DNA from: an uncultured Methanosarcinaceae archaeon
GTDB lineage: Archaea; Halobacteriota; Methanosarcinia; Methanosarcinales; Methanosarcinaceae
Length of the DNA stretch: 64,000 nucleotides
Assembly (NCBI GenBank): GCA_963847185.1
Contig: CAWJYV010000007.1
Location: forward strand, 736,001 to 800,000
Direction of reading: 5' to 3'
Positions 51,626-62,731 of this stretch are shown here, piece by piece. Numbering within the stretch: the first letter of the stretch is position 1; each line of letters starts with the position of its first letter. The notes below the pieces were generated by a model. It was not told the origin of the DNA and made no database searches. It was given only the letters and a program-made list of their open reading frames with translations. Position numbers and translations under genes: made by a program.

Positions 51626-52855
51626 TCATGAAACCTTCTCAATAATCTCTTCCAGCGTCAAAAGTTCCTGATCTCCGGATACCATATCCCTGAAGGTAAG
51701 CTTCCCTGCCTCAATCTCTTTTTCCCCGACTATAACCGCGTAGCCGGCATTGATGGTATTTGCGTAGGACAGCTGGGCTTTGAAATTACGTTCCATAAGG
51801 TCTACATGTACTGGAAGATATTTTCTTAATTTAGCTGCAATTTTTACGGCTTCAATGTGAGTATCAGGCTTTGAAATTACAACAAGACTTTTAGGTGTCG
51901 GATATTCGAGAGGGCAGATTTCCATTATTCTGTCAAAACCGATTCCGAAACCTGTAGAAGGGATATCTCCGCCGCCAAAAAGCTGGATAAGCTGATAAGA
52001 GCCTCCTCCGCAGACCTGTTTCTGGGCGCCGAGGCCTTCAGCATAGACCTCAAAGACCATGCCCGTATAGTAATCAAGCCCTCGAGCGATTCCGAAGTCA
52101 AGGGAGTAGTCAACCCCATATGCATCGAGAATTTTGAGAGTCTTTTCAAAACCTACAATTTCAGGGATATTTCCTACAATTTCTTTTACCTGAGGGAGAA
52201 TATACCTGCCTTCAAGCTTGATCAGCCGGAAAATGTCTGATTTCAATTGTTCCTCTGCACCGATCTCATCAAGCAGGGCTTCCAGGCCTGCATATTCTTT
52301 CTTATCCACAAGCCTCATGACCTGACTGACTATTTCAGGTTCAAGCCCTCTCAAAAGAGTGCGTATCACTGCAAGGTTTCCAATTTTCATGTCTCCCCTG
52401 ACTCCAACTGCTTTTAACAGGGAGTCGGCAAGAGCAATAACCTCTGCATCGGAGTCAGGTTTTCCGCTTCCTATAAGTTCGACTCCAAACTGCCAGAACT
52501 CTCTGAAACGGCCCTTTTGAGGACGCTCGTAACGGAAACAGTTTTCGAAATAAAAGAGCTTTAAGGGTTTTGGGAATGATTGAAGCTCGTTTACATAGAA
52601 GCGCATAACAGGAGCAGTCAACTCCGGCCTGAGGGTCATGTCTCTGCCTCCCTTGTCCGTGAAGTTATAGAGTTCTCCTATAATTCCTTCTCCGGATTTC
52701 AGGGTGAAAAGGTCCAGATGTTCAAACGTGGGAGTAATGATTTCACTATAACCCCAGTTGCGGGCAACATTTCTCATAACACTTTCCACGTATCTTCTCC
52801 GGGTAGTATCGGCAGGTAAAAAATCCCGGGTCCCTCTTGGTCTATTGACTGTCAT
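51626..52855 (-). CDS. hisS: Histidine--tRNA ligase
   Basis: [38 protein letters not shown] and GGGSY motifs. Confidence 0.97.
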   Translation of the reverse strand: MTVNRPRGTRDFLPADTTRRRYVESVMRNVARNWGYSEIITPTFEHLDLFTLKSGEGIIGELYNFTDKGGRDMTLRPELTAPVMRFYVNELQSFPKPLKLFYFENCFRYERPQKGRFREFWQFGVELIGSGKPDSDAEVIALADSLLKAVGVRGDMKIGNLAVIRTLLRGLEPEIVSQVMRLVDKKEYAGLEALLDEIGAEEQLKSDIFRLIKLEGRYILPQVKEIVGNIPEIVGFEKTLKILDAYGVDYSLDFGIARGLDYYTGMVFEVYAEGLGAQKQVCGGGSYQLIQLFGGGDIPSTGFGIGFDRIMEICPLEYPTPKSLVVISKPDTHIEAVKIAAKLRKYLPVHVDLMERNFKAQLSYANTINAGYAVIVGEKEIEAGKLTFRDMVSGDQELLTLEEIIEKVS

Positions 52856-53179
52856 TTCTAAATGCACCTGATATATATCGAGTTAGAGCAATTATTTTAA
52901 GACATTTTTTTCATTGTTCTTCTCAGCTCTTTCGGATGATAGTAGGTGAAAGCATGCTATTTTACTTTTTCGATACTACCTCAAATCAGTTAAAACGTCT
53001 CAAACTAAGAGGAAAAACACTGAAATAATATATTTATTCTGTAAAATAAAGTAGAATGGATTACGAAAGCCGAACTTTTCGCAATCAAACAAGTATAAAG
53101 CAAATAAAGGCAAGTTTACGTTGAATAATATAATAAGCAGATTAATATACATGATTTGCACTAAATATTTGCGATCACC

Positions 53180-54670
53180 GTGTCCGAGCAAAGAAGTGTA
53201 CCTTTAAGGGAGCATCTACTGGCCCTGAAGCCCTGCCTGCATGGAGGGCTAGTTCAGGAAACGTCTGAGACTTACGGGATTCCTGAAAACGAAATTCTTG
53301 ATTTCAGTGCAAACTTTAATCCTCTTGGGAACCCCTTTGAACATCCTGAAAGCGGATTGGATTTTGACAGTATTCTTAAAAAAAGCTTTGAAAAACTTAT
53401 GGAATACCCTGACAACAGATATCCGGAGTTTCGGGAGGCTGCTGCAAGATTCGTAGGGCTCGGAGTAACTCCGCATAATATCATTCCGGGTAATGGTTCA
53501 ACTGAAATTGTCAGGCTTGTAGTTGAGTGTGTAGTTGAAAAAGGAGATACTGTCCTTCTGCCGTGGCCGACTTTCGGAGAATACGAAATGCAGTGCCGGA
53601 TTATGGGAGCAAAACCCGAATACCCAAGGCAGGATGAGGTGGAAACACTTCCTGATGAAATGCTGGAAAAAGCAAAAATCCTTTTTATTTGCAACCCTAA
53701 CAACCCTACAGGAAAGCTCCGGACAAGAGAAGAAATCAAAGTTCTTGCAGAGCGCTGCAAGCAGCATAAAACTCTTCTTTTTGTGGATGAAGCCTTCATC
53801 GAACTTTCTGACCCTGCCCAGAGTGTTGCTGACCTCGCAGTAAACAATAATTATATTTTTGTTATGCGTTCCCTTACAAAGGACTTTGCAATTCCAGGCA
53901 TCAGGATGGGATTCGGAATAGCTTCCCCTGAAATGGCTGAGATCCTGAATACTGCAAGGCTCTCCTGGAACCTGGGAACTGTGGCAAACACTATAGCAAC
54001 CTCACTTCTGAATATAGAAGGCGGGATGGACAATCCGTACCTGAAAAAAGCAAGAACTGCAATCCGGGAAGAAGGAGAAAAACTCAAAATCAAACTTAAC
54101 AGGATAAGAGGCTTTGAAGCCGGAGAAGTGAATGTAAACTTTATTTTTGTCGATATCAGTAAATTCATACTCGACTCAAGCGAATTAAGTGCACGTATGG
54201 CAGCTCGCGGAGTCCTGATAAGAGACTGTATTTCCTTCCACGGCCTTGGAAAAGATTACATAAGGGTTGCAGTCAGGACCGCAGAAGAAAATGATAAACT
54301 GATTGCTGCAATTAGCGATGTCATTACCGAGTGGGGCAGAGAACAGGCAAAGAACGAACTGCAACATGTAATCGAAAAGGCATCTGAAGAAGGAATAGGA
54401 GGCAGGAAAACCTGCGAATATTATCCCTGCCATTTTGAAGGCCAGAACTGTACCTTCTGTTTCTGTCCATTCTACCCCTGTGAAAATGAAAAGACCGGAG
54501 GAAAATGGATCCAGAGTTCAAGAGGCGGCAAGGTATGGAGCTGTGTTGACTGTCATCTCGTACATAAAAAAGAAATAGCTCAGCAAATTCTTGACTGCCT
54601 TATGCAGGAAGGAGATACTGACGAGCTTGTGAAAGTTGCCTGGAAAAAAGTAATGGAGCCTATCTTATGA
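53180..54670 (+). CDS. cobD: L-threonine-O-3-phosphate decarboxylase with C-terminal Cys-rich domain
   Basis: HGG, DFSANFNP, CNPNNPTG, DEAF and RSLTK..AIPGIR motifs. C-terminal CEYYPCH...CTFCFCPFYPC...CVDCH. Confidence 0.92.
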   Translation: MSEQRSVPLREHLLALKPCLHGGLVQETSETYGIPENEILDFSANFNPLGNPFEHPESGLDFDSILKKSFEKLMEYPDNRYPEFREAAARFVGLGVTPHNIIPGNGSTEIVRLVVECVVEKGDTVLLPWPTFGEYEMQCRIMGAKPEYPRQDEVETLPDEMLEKAKILFICNPNNPTGKLRTREEIKVLAERCKQHKTLLFVDEAFIELSDPAQSVADLAVNNNYIFVMRSLTKDFAIPGIRMGFGIASPEMAEILNTARLSWNLGTVANTIATSLLNIEGGMDNPYLKKARTAIREEGEKLKIKLNRIRGFEAGEVNVNFIFVDISKFILDSSELSARMAARGVLIRDCISFHGLGKDYIRVAVRTAEENDKLIAAISDVITEWGREQAKNELQHVIEKASEEGIGGRKTCEYYPCHFEGQNCTFCFCPFYPCENEKTGGKWIQSSRGGKVWSCVDCHLVHKKEIAQQILDCLMQEGDTDELVKVAWKKVMEPIL

Positions 54671-55653
54671 TTGTGCCGGATACCGGGCACCTTGCTCTTG
54701 TACTTCTGCTTGCAGCAGCTATAGACATTGTTTTTGGAGAGCCCCCGGCTGCCGTGCACCCTGTAGTGTGGATAGGAAAACTAATCAATATTTTGAAAAA
54801 TGCAGCTCCAAAAACCCATAGAAAAATGTATGGAGTTGCTATGGCCTTCTGCTGTGTTTTATTTGCAGCTTTACTGGGTTATTCCGTCCTCTACATTGCA
54901 GCTCTCCCGGGAATTCCGGGGATTCTTGCTCTTCTGATAGAAGCGTATTTCCTTAAAGCTACCTTTGCTATCAACTGTTTGCTTAGCCCGGCAAGAGAGA
55001 TTTATAGGTCTCTTGAAGAAAACAGGCTTGATAAGGTAAGGGAGATGCTTCCTATCTATGTAAGCCGGAATACCTCCAAGCTGACCAAGACTCAGATGTC
55101 TTCTGCAGTTATCGAGTCCGTGTCAGAAAATTACGTAGACGGCATCTTGAGCCCGATTTTCTATTATGCCCTTTTCGGGGAATTAGGACTTGTGGCCGCA
55201 TACGTCTTTAAAGCTATAAGTACCCTGGACTCCATGGTTGGATACAAGACAGAGCCCTACAGAGAATTGGGATACTTCTCCGCAAAATCCGACGACGTAT
55301 TGAACTGGATTCCTGCCAGGATTTCCGTGGTATTCATTCTTGCCGCAGCCTTTACAATTTCTTTGCTCTCGAAAAAACAGGAAAAAATTAATCCTTTCAA
55401 TAGCATAAAGAGCGCTCTGGAAGATGGAATGAAGACTCCGTCCCCCAATTCAGGATATCCTATGGCAGCAACTGCAGGGGCTCTTGGTGTCAAACTTGAA
55501 AAACCCGAAACTTATGTACTTGGGGCTTCGTATCCCCCAACTGAAATAAAAGATATAAAAAGGGTATCCCAATTAATAGCAATTGCTTCAGGATTCTCAC
55601 TTGCTGCTTTTGCGGTAGTGATCCAGATAGCAGGAATTTATCTGTACCTGTAA
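54667..55653 (+). CDS. cbiB: Adenosylcobinamide-phosphate synthase
   Basis: HPVVWIG, ESVSENYVDG, TLDSMVGY and SPNSGYPMAA motifs. Confidence 0.94.
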   Translation: MIVPDTGHLALVLLLAAAIDIVFGEPPAAVHPVVWIGKLINILKNAAPKTHRKMYGVAMAFCCVLFAALLGYSVLYIAALPGIPGILALLIEAYFLKATFAINCLLSPAREIYRSLEENRLDKVREMLPIYVSRNTSKLTKTQMSSAVIESVSENYVDGILSPIFYYALFGELGLVAAYVFKAISTLDSMVGYKTEPYRELGYFSAKSDDVLNWIPARISVVFILAAAFTISLLSKKQEKINPFNSIKSALEDGMKTPSPNSGYPMAATAGALGVKLEKPETYVLGASYPPTEIKDIKRVSQLIAIASGFSLAAFAVVIQIAGIYLYL

Positions 55654-55793
55654 TTTCCTCTTATAGTAGCAGAGCCCTGTTCTTGTGATAGCTCGAATTT
55701 TATGAGGCAACAGGGTTCTAAGAGAAGCCAATTTACGATTTTAATGATTTTCGACAGTAAATATGACCTTATTGACAATTCCGAAGTGATCGT

Positions 55794-56339
55794 ATGAAGT
55801 TATCCGATATTGAGGAAAGGGACCTGAAAAAAGGACAGCCTGAAAAATTAGAGGGAAACGCTACAGTTGACATTCTTGATGTCCTTGCCGAAGAAGGCAT
55901 CAATGTCCAGGATCTTGCAAATACGGCTCTTGAAATGTATGTCCCCCATCCCGGGCTCGAGACCAGGGAAAAAGCAGAAGCTCTGTTTAAAAGGGAACTA
56001 AAATACGCTCTTTCGGACCCAAACCTCTGTCTTCTGATTTATTCCGGAATTCTCCTTGAAAGAGAAGGCAGGGCAGGAACCCTTCCGAACCTCAGCAAAA
56101 GTTCCTATGAAAAAGACCTGTCTTTCATAATTGCAGATGAGGTCCTTGGCACAAGCATTGCAACATACATCAGCGGCTCCAAAGGGGCATTCGAGTTTGT
56201 CAGATATGACAAACAAAAGCCCGGAATCCTTGCAAATCTCGGGCCGTTTATGGATGACATAATTGGAGGCCTTATAGGAGGAGTGTCCTCTAATATGTAT
56301 TCTAGAGGCATGGCAGAGTTTTTTGAGAAAAAGGACTGA
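55794..56339 (+). CDS. cobZ: Alpha-ribazole phosphatase CobZ
   Basis: [12 protein letters not shown] and [10 protein letters not shown]...LGPFMDD motifs, plus operon context. Confidence 0.88.
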   Translation: MKLSDIEERDLKKGQPEKLEGNATVDILDVLAEEGINVQDLANTALEMYVPHPGLETREKAEALFKRELKYALSDPNLCLLIYSGILLEREGRAGTLPNLSKSSYEKDLSFIIADEVLGTSIATYISGSKGAFEFVRYDKQKPGILANLGPFMDDIIGGLIGGVSSNMYSRGMAEFFEKKD

Positions 56340-56356
56340 AAACCAGGCGGTGTATT

Positions 56357-57199
56357 ATGAACTCATATTTACTTGCTTTTAAATCGGGTTTTGGCTTCCT
56401 GTCCACGATCCCTGTGGGAATCACCATGGAAGGGATCGATGAGCTTATGAAAAAGATATATTTTTACCCTGTCGTGGGAGCCGTACTCGGACTTCTCATA
56501 GGGGCAGTTGCGTACATAGGGCAGATAATATTTCCCGGACCCATCCTTGCTGCCCTTATAATGGGATTCCTGTATTATATTACAGGTTTTAACCATCTGG
56601 ATGGAGTTACTGACATGGGTGATGGTTTCATGGCTCACGGCTCGCTTGAAAAAAAGATCCGGGCTCTGAAAGACACAAACCTCGGGACAGGAGGAGTTTC
56701 TTTTTGCATTCTGCTGCTGCTTACTTTATACGGTTCCATAAGAGCAGTACAGGAAGAAGGCATGACTGTTTTTGGATCTAACCTTCCAGTGCTGATGTTC
56801 TCATCAATGTTTATTGCAGAGGTCAGTGCAAAGCAGTCCATGCTCACAATCGCCGCTTTTGGAAAGCCCATACCTCCGCAGGATAAACAGGCTTACCCTG
56901 GCCTGGGAGCCATGACTATAAACGGAGCAACACGGAAAAATTTCCTCATAGGATTCATATTCGGAGCTGTCATGTGTTTCCTGCCTTTTGGGTGGATAGG
57001 ACTGGTTCCCTATCTGGCGGCCTGCGCGTCTGCTCTTGTGCTTCTCAATCGAAGCTATGCTCATTTTGGCGGCTTAAATGGAGACGGAATTGGGACTGCA
57101 AATGAAATAGGGAGAGTAACTGCCCTGATCATTATAGCAGTCATTATGAAACTTTCATTAAACGGATATACGGGAGGTTTAGAATGGACGCTATTGTAA
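56357..57199 (+). CDS. cobS: Adenosylcobinamide-GDP ribazoletransferase
   Basis: FLSTIP, GFNHLDG..DMGDG and [10 protein letters not shown] motifs. Confidence 0.94.
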   Translation: MNSYLLAFKSGFGFLSTIPVGITMEGIDELMKKIYFYPVVGAVLGLLIGAVAYIGQIIFPGPILAALIMGFLYYITGFNHLDGVTDMGDGFMAHGSLEKKIRALKDTNLGTGGVSFCILLLLTLYGSIRAVQEEGMTVFGSNLPVLMFSSMFIAEVSAKQSMLTIAAFGKPIPPQDKQAYPGLGAMTINGATRKNFLIGFIFGAVMCFLPFGWIGLVPYLAACASALVLLNRSYAHFGGLNGDGIGTANEIGRVTALIIIAVIMKLSLNGYTGGLEWTLL

Positions 57200-57795
57200 T
57201 GGCAGGAGGTTTCGGACAGAGGCTCGGAATGGGGGAAAAGCCCTGCGTTGAACTTCTTGGAAAACCACTCATAAGCTATGTGATAGATACTCTTAGAGCT
57301 TCAAAGAATATAGATAAGATCTTTGTAGCGGTCTCACCTGTAACCCCTAAGACCGAAATTATGATTCAGGAACGTTATAAAGGAGAAATACAGGTAATCA
57401 GGACTTTTGGCGGAAACTATGTAGGGGACATGATCTATGCAGTAGAAACTTCAAAAACTAATGGTCCTGTAATGATTATTATGTCAGATATTCCCCTCAT
57501 TGATCCCGAACTTGTTGACTCGGTAATTGAAAAATACAGGGAAGAAGGAAAACCTGCCCTTTCGGTATATGTTCCTATTAATACCTGCAAAGGAGCCGGA
57601 ATCAGGCCGGATACGGTCTTTAACAAGGACGGAAAACTGATCGTACCTACTGGAATTAATATTCTGGACAGCTCTCAAATCAGAAAAGAACAGGAAGACT
57701 TTAATCTGATACTTGAGAATCCCAAACTAGCAATAAACGTAAATACCGTAAAAGATCTGCAGAGATGCAGAGATTTGCTTCATTGTTCAAACTAA
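57184..57795 (+). CDS. cobY: Adenosylcobinamide-phosphate guanylyltransferase
   Basis: [18 protein letters not shown] and NVNT..DL motifs, plus operon context. Confidence 0.9.
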   Translation: MDAIVMAGGFGQRLGMGEKPCVELLGKPLISYVIDTLRASKNIDKIFVAVSPVTPKTEIMIQERYKGEIQVIRTFGGNYVGDMIYAVETSKTNGPVMIIMSDIPLIDPELVDSVIEKYREEGKPALSVYVPINTCKGAGIRPDTVFNKDGKLIVPTGINILDSSQIRKEQEDFNLILENPKLAINVNTVKDLQRCRDLLHCSN

Positions 57796-57816
57796 AATTT
57801 GCTAGAGGTGTCGTAG

Positions 57817-58548
57817 ATTCTATCTTTAAAAAACCTGGTACTGAGCCGCGATGGAAAAAAAATCTTGCGTGGAGTCAACCTTGAGGTAGGGGACCGGGAG
57901 ATCCACAGTATCATTGGCGCAAACGGCGCAGGAAAAAGTACGCTTGCCTATACCCTGATGGGACTGCAGGGTTATGAACGCGAGGAAGGCAGCCTCATTT
58001 TTGATGGGGAAGATATTACACAGCTCTCAATAACCGAGCGTGCAAGAAAAGGCATTACTCTTGCCTGGCAGGAACCTGCCCGCTTTGAAGGACTGAAGGT
58101 TAGAGATTACCTGGCAATCGGGGCAATGGTTCATGGCGGTACCACGGAAGAGGAACTAAAGGATGCCTTGAGAAAAGTTGACCTTAAACCCGAAAAATAC
58201 CTGAACAGGGAAGTAGGTGAAGCCCTCAGCGGGGGCGAAAGGAAACGAATAGAACTCGCTTCTATAATTACAATGAAACCCAAACTTGCAATCCTTGATG
58301 AACCTGATTCAGGGATTGATGTTGTTTCCTTAAAAGAAATCGTAAGTTTGATCCAGACTCTTAAGGAAAATGGTTCTTCAGTACTTGTAATAACGCACAG
58401 GGAGGAAATTGCGGCTGCTTCGGATAAAGCGTCCCTGATGTGTGAGGGAGCTATCCTGAGGAGCGGAGATCCTTTAGAGATCAGCGAGTTTTTCAAAAAC
58501 AGATGCATACCCTGTGACAGCAGAGTATCCCCACCAAAGGCGGTCTGA
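57817..58548 (+). CDS. sufC: SufC/SmsC-like ABC ATPase, probable ATT start
   Basis: GANGAGKST, LSGGERKRIE, LDEPDSGID and C-terminal CIPC. Frame extends to an ATT 6 nt after SD GAGGTG. Confidence 0.85.
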   Translation: MLSLKNLVLSRDGKKILRGVNLEVGDREIHSIIGANGAGKSTLAYTLMGLQGYEREEGSLIFDGEDITQLSITERARKGITLAWQEPARFEGLKVRDYLAIGAMVHGGTTEEELKDALRKVDLKPEKYLNREVGEALSGGERKRIELASIITMKPKLAILDEPDSGIDVVSLKEIVSLIQTLKENGSSVLVITHREEIAAASDKASLMCEGAILRSGDPLEISEFFKNRCIPCDSRVSPPKAV

Positions 58549-58550
58549 CA

Positions 58551-59513
58551 ATGAATCAGAAAACTCTTAATGTGCTTTCAAGCGAAATGGAAGATATAAA
58601 TGCAGCTTATACAGCAGCAGGGGGAGATGCCGCAGTCCTTCACAAACACGAGCTTGCAAGCCTTGTGATAAGTGGAAATAGGGTTCTCAATGCGAACGGG
58701 ACAGAAGGGATTGTGCTCGAAAAGCATGAAACTGAATATGGAGTGGACATTAAAATGACTATTAAAAAGGGCTATAAAATTCCACTTCCAGTCCACCTCT
58801 GTTTCGGACTTGTCCCGAAAGAGGGACTCCAGGAAATAAAAATGAATTTCGTAGCTGAAGAAGATTCGGCTGTTGAACTCATTGCTCACTGCACCTTCCC
58901 CAATGCTATAAAGGTCATCCATAAAATGGACGCTCAAATGCTTATAGGAAAAAATGCCTCGTTAAAATACACAGAGACCCACTTCCACGGCCCCCATGGA
59001 GGAATTCAGGTAATTCCTAAAGCCCATATAAAAATAGAGGAAGGGGGAAGCTACTACACCAATTTCTCACTTATTTCGGGTAGAGTGGGATATCTGGAAT
59101 TTGACTATAGCGTGGATGCCGGAAAAGATTCTATCTGCGAGATGGTTACAAAGGTTTATGGAAAAAAGGACGACAAAATAAAAATCTTAGAAAAGATATC
59201 CCTTAATGGGGAAAATGCCAGAAGTGTAATTAAAAGTCGACTGGCGATTACCGATGATGCAGAATCGGAGTTCAGAGGAATTACTGAGGGACGAGCTCCA
59301 AGGGCCAGGGGACATGTGGACTGCATGGAAGTTATCCAGGGAAATGCAAAAGCCGAAGCTATTCCCATTGTACGTGTTGACAATCCTCTGGCAAAAGTAA
59401 CTCACGAGGCTGCAATTGGTTGTGTGGACAAAAAAGAAGTCGAAACTTTGATGGCTCGCGGCCTTGAAGAAGACGATGCTATAGATATAATTGTAAAGGG
59501 AATGCTGGCCTGA
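58551..59513 (+). CDS. sufB: SufB/SufD-like (SmsB-type) Fe-S scaffold protein
   Basis: PVHLCF, GHVDC, THEAAIG and LMARGL motifs. Confidence 0.88.
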   Translation: MNQKTLNVLSSEMEDINAAYTAAGGDAAVLHKHELASLVISGNRVLNANGTEGIVLEKHETEYGVDIKMTIKKGYKIPLPVHLCFGLVPKEGLQEIKMNFVAEEDSAVELIAHCTFPNAIKVIHKMDAQMLIGKNASLKYTETHFHGPHGGIQVIPKAHIKIEEGGSYYTNFSLISGRVGYLEFDYSVDAGKDSICEMVTKVYGKKDDKIKILEKISLNGENARSVIKSRLAITDDAESEFRGITEGRAPRARGHVDCMEVIQGNAKAEAIPIVRVDNPLAKVTHEAAIGCVDKKEVETLMARGLEEDDAIDIIVKGMLA

Positions 59514-59623
59514 AAGCCTTTAATTCCCTTTTATCCGGAGTAGTCATTGCTTCAGGTTCAGGCCGTGAATTTGGAAAAACTCACCTGAGAACCTTAGATT
59601 CAAACGAAAAGGGAGTGTAAAGC

Positions 59624-59989
59624 ATGACTGGATATATCGTAATCCTTGAGAAAAAATATTCAGAAAAAAATCTTCAACTCATTACCGGAAAAAAAGATAT
59701 AGCTGCACACCGCGAAAGCATTCCTGAAGAAATGCTGCTTTTAAGCGAGGTTATAGAAGATCCTCTCAAGCTCCCTTACATGCTGGATGCCTTTTATACT
59801 GCCCAGATTAAAAACGAAAAAGCTTTCCATTTTGCTCTCCTGAGGGTCCAGGTAGATTCCGATCTCAGAATGCATGAGGATATCCAGAAATATCAGCAAA
59901 GGAAATATGTAGCCGAAACCCTGGAAAAACTGCTCTACGGGGAACTTTTGCTCTCGGTAGGAGAAACCTTAAGTCTTGAAGGAGATTGA
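59624..59989 (+). CDS. Hypothetical protein
   Basis: 121-aa ORF with SD GGGAGTG. Confidence 0.7.
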   Translation: MTGYIVILEKKYSEKNLQLITGKKDIAAHRESIPEEMLLLSEVIEDPLKLPYMLDAFYTAQIKNEKAFHFALLRVQVDSDLRMHEDIQKYQQRKYVAETLEKLLYGELLLSVGETLSLEGD

Positions 59990-60505
59990 TTTTCCTGTTT
60001 TCTTACAGCAGACTCTTTTTTAATAGATATCCTCAGAAAATTTAAAGGACATACCAGTTCGTATTTTATATCCTAATTGAAGAATTTGGTACGAATGAAT
60101 CAAAGACTTTCAAAGAAACAAACCCTGGCACGAAAAATATAAGAAAAGAAGAAAAACTATCGGGTTGCCACATATCTGTAAAAATGCTCCTGAACATCCC
60201 TTAAAGTTAGGTTAAATTTTCTCTTTGGGTTTATTTTCCTTCTTCTTGTAATCTAGGAGGTCTTGGAACCTTACTAATCTCTCAAGCAACGGAGCTCTCA
60301 AAAGCTCAGGCACCTATCCTGAAGAGAACCAAATATTCTCATTGCCTTATAAAATATCATTGCCTATTATCTTCAAAGATTAACAAAATTTTTATAAGTA
60401 ATAGACAGTTAAATTTAACATCTAATTATATATTTATACAAATTTAAATATTATACTTTATTTATAATTGATCACAGCTTAACAAGGGATCTCAGCAGAG
60501 GAAAA

Positions 60506-62731
60506 ATGAAAAAAATGGAGCAATTTCCAGCAAAAAACCCAAATCCTGTGCTTAGTGTTTCAAAGGATGGTACTGTTCTTTACTCAAATGGGGCAGGTGA
60601 GCCTTTATTGCATGAATGGGACGTGGAAGTAGGAGAAAAATTATCTTCAAATATCGGAGATATTGTGCGAAGGGTAATTTCACGGAACATTCCGGAAAAA
60701 ACCGAGGTTAAAGCAGGAAAAAGAGTATACTTTGTCGCGTTTCATCCCTTACCAGAAGAAGAATGTGTAAACCTCTATGGGTTCGATATAACTGACCAGA
60801 AAGAGCTTGAAGGGAAACTTCGTGAGAGTGAAGAAATGTTGAACTTTGCACTCGAAACCAGCCATACAGGCGCGTGGGATCTTGATCTGGTGGATCACAC
60901 AGCTTATCGATCTCTTGAGCATGACCGCATTTTCGGTTACGAACAACTACTCCCGCAGTGGACTTACGAGATGTTTCTCGACCACGTACTACCTGAGGAT
61001 CGCGCATTAGTGGACGCAAAGTTCCAAGAAGCTACAACTGCGGGCAAAGACTGGAATTTCGAGTGCCGTATCCGGCGAGTGGATGATGAGGTTAGGTGGA
61101 TTTGGGCGGCTGGGCGGCATCGTGTGGATTCTAACGGAAAAGTAAGCCGGATGTCAGGAATCGTTCAGGATATCACTGAAAGTAAGCAAGCAGAGGAAGT
61201 GTTAAAACATAGTGAAAAGCAGTACAGAACTCTTGGTGATACGATCCCCTACGGAGTTTGGGTGACAGATGCAGCCGGCTACTGTACCTTTGTAAGTAAT
61301 TCTTTCCTTGAACTGGTGGACATGTCAATGGAGCAGGTTCAAAAGTTTGGCTGGCTGCATCTACTCCCGCCTGAGGACGTGCAGCCAACTATAAATCACT
61401 GGCTTCGTTGTATCAAGACTGGTGAGGACTTCGAGAAAGAGCACCGTTTCCGGGCAAAAGACGGAAGCTACCGGAGCATATTAGCGATAGGCAGACCGAT
61501 CAAGGATAAAGAGGGGAAAATCACTGAATGGGTAGGCTTCAATCTTGACATTACAGAGCGAAAACAAATGGAAGAATATCTTAAAACAGCATATCAGGAT
61601 TTAGAGGAAAAGGTTAGAGAAAGGACAATAGAACTTGAAAAAGCTTACAATTCGTTGAAGGAAAGCGAAAGAAGTCTTGCTGAAGCTCAAAAGATGGCTC
61701 ATCTTGGAAATTGGGACTGGAATCTTGTAACTGGCGAAGCATGTTGGTCTGATGAGTTATATAGCATTTTTAGACGTTCTCCTCAAGAATTAGGCGCAAC
61801 TTACGACGAATTTCTAAATTATGTACATCCTGATGATCGAGACGATGTGAATAATGCCTTAAAAAAGGGTTTAAATGGAGAATCTATTGCAGGTGATTAT
61901 AGAATAATTCTAGCTAATGGAGAAGAACGCATAGTCCACTCTCATATTAGAGTTACTTTTGATGAGACAAATTATCCTGTTAGATTGAGAGGAATAGTTC
62001 AGGATATTACAGAGCGTAGAAAAGCTGAAGAAACTCTGGCAAACATTGAAATTATCCGTAAAAAGGAAATCCATCATAGAATAAAAAATAACCTGCAGGT
62101 TATCTCGTCCCTTCTTGACCTTCAGGCTGAACAGTTTAACAACAGAGAATGTATTAATGATTCTGAAGTTCTGGAGGCTTTTAGGGAAAGCCAGGACAGA
62201 GTAATATCTATTGCCTTAATCCATGAAGAATTGCATGAGGGTAGGGGAGACGACGCACTTAACTTTTCACTGTATCTGCAAAGACTTCTTCATAATCTAT
62301 TTCAGACATACAGATTTGGAGACATTGAGATTTGCCTAGATCTGGATCTTGAAAAGAACATTTTCTTCGACATGGATATTGCAGTCCCATTAGGGATGAT
62401 TATCAACGAACTTATTTCCAATTCTTTCAAGTATGCATTTCCCAACAGACATAAAGGGACAATTAGAATTAAACTCTTAAGTGAAGAGACTAGAGATAAA
62501 CCAAATAATGACGAAGAGCTTGCTGGAAAAAGTACTAGATACACTCTCTCAGTCTCGGATGATGGGATTGGTATTTCCGAAGAAATAGATTTTGAGAATT
62601 CAGACACTCTTGGTCTGCAGTTGGTAAATACCCTAGTAAGCCAGTTAGATGGGGAGCTTGAACTGAAGAAAGGCAATGGGAGTGAATTCACTGTCAGATT
62701 TACTGTAACAGAGAAAATGATCAGCCGATAA
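60506..62731 (+). CDS. Cytoplasmic multi-PAS sensor histidine kinase (HisKA_2)
   Basis: NPNPVL PAS, three PAS/PAC units ending DITE, EIHHRIKNNLQ, NELISNSFKYAF, DDGIG and TLGLQLV. Confidence 0.94.
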   Translation: MKKMEQFPAKNPNPVLSVSKDGTVLYSNGAGEPLLHEWDVEVGEKLSSNIGDIVRRVISRNIPEKTEVKAGKRVYFVAFHPLPEEECVNLYGFDITDQKELEGKLRESEEMLNFALETSHTGAWDLDLVDHTAYRSLEHDRIFGYEQLLPQWTYEMFLDHVLPEDRALVDAKFQEATTAGKDWNFECRIRRVDDEVRWIWAAGRHRVDSNGKVSRMSGIVQDITESKQAEEVLKHSEKQYRTLGDTIPYGVWVTDAAGYCTFVSNSFLELVDMSMEQVQKFGWLHLLPPEDVQPTINHWLRCIKTGEDFEKEHRFRAKDGSYRSILAIGRPIKDKEGKITEWVGFNLDITERKQMEEYLKTAYQDLEEKVRERTIELEKAYNSLKESERSLAEAQKMAHLGNWDWNLVTGEACWSDELYSIFRRSPQELGATYDEFLNYVHPDDRDDVNNALKKGLNGESIAGDYRIILANGEERIVHSHIRVTFDETNYPVRLRGIVQDITERRKAEETLANIEIIRKKEIHHRIKNNLQVISSLLDLQAEQFNNRECINDSEVLEAFRESQDRVISIALIHEELHEGRGDDALNFSLYLQRLLHNLFQTYRFGDIEICLDLDLEKNIFFDMDIAVPLGMIINELISNSFKYAFPNRHKGTIRIKLLSEETRDKPNNDEELAGKSTRYTLSVSDDGIGISEEIDFENSDTLGLQLVNTLVSQLDGELELKKGNGSEFTVRFTVTEKMISR

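Noticed and set aside
60250-60330. Small hairpins upstream of the kinase as a riboswitch
   Set aside because: Stems are only 5 bp and match no aptamer consensus I recognise.
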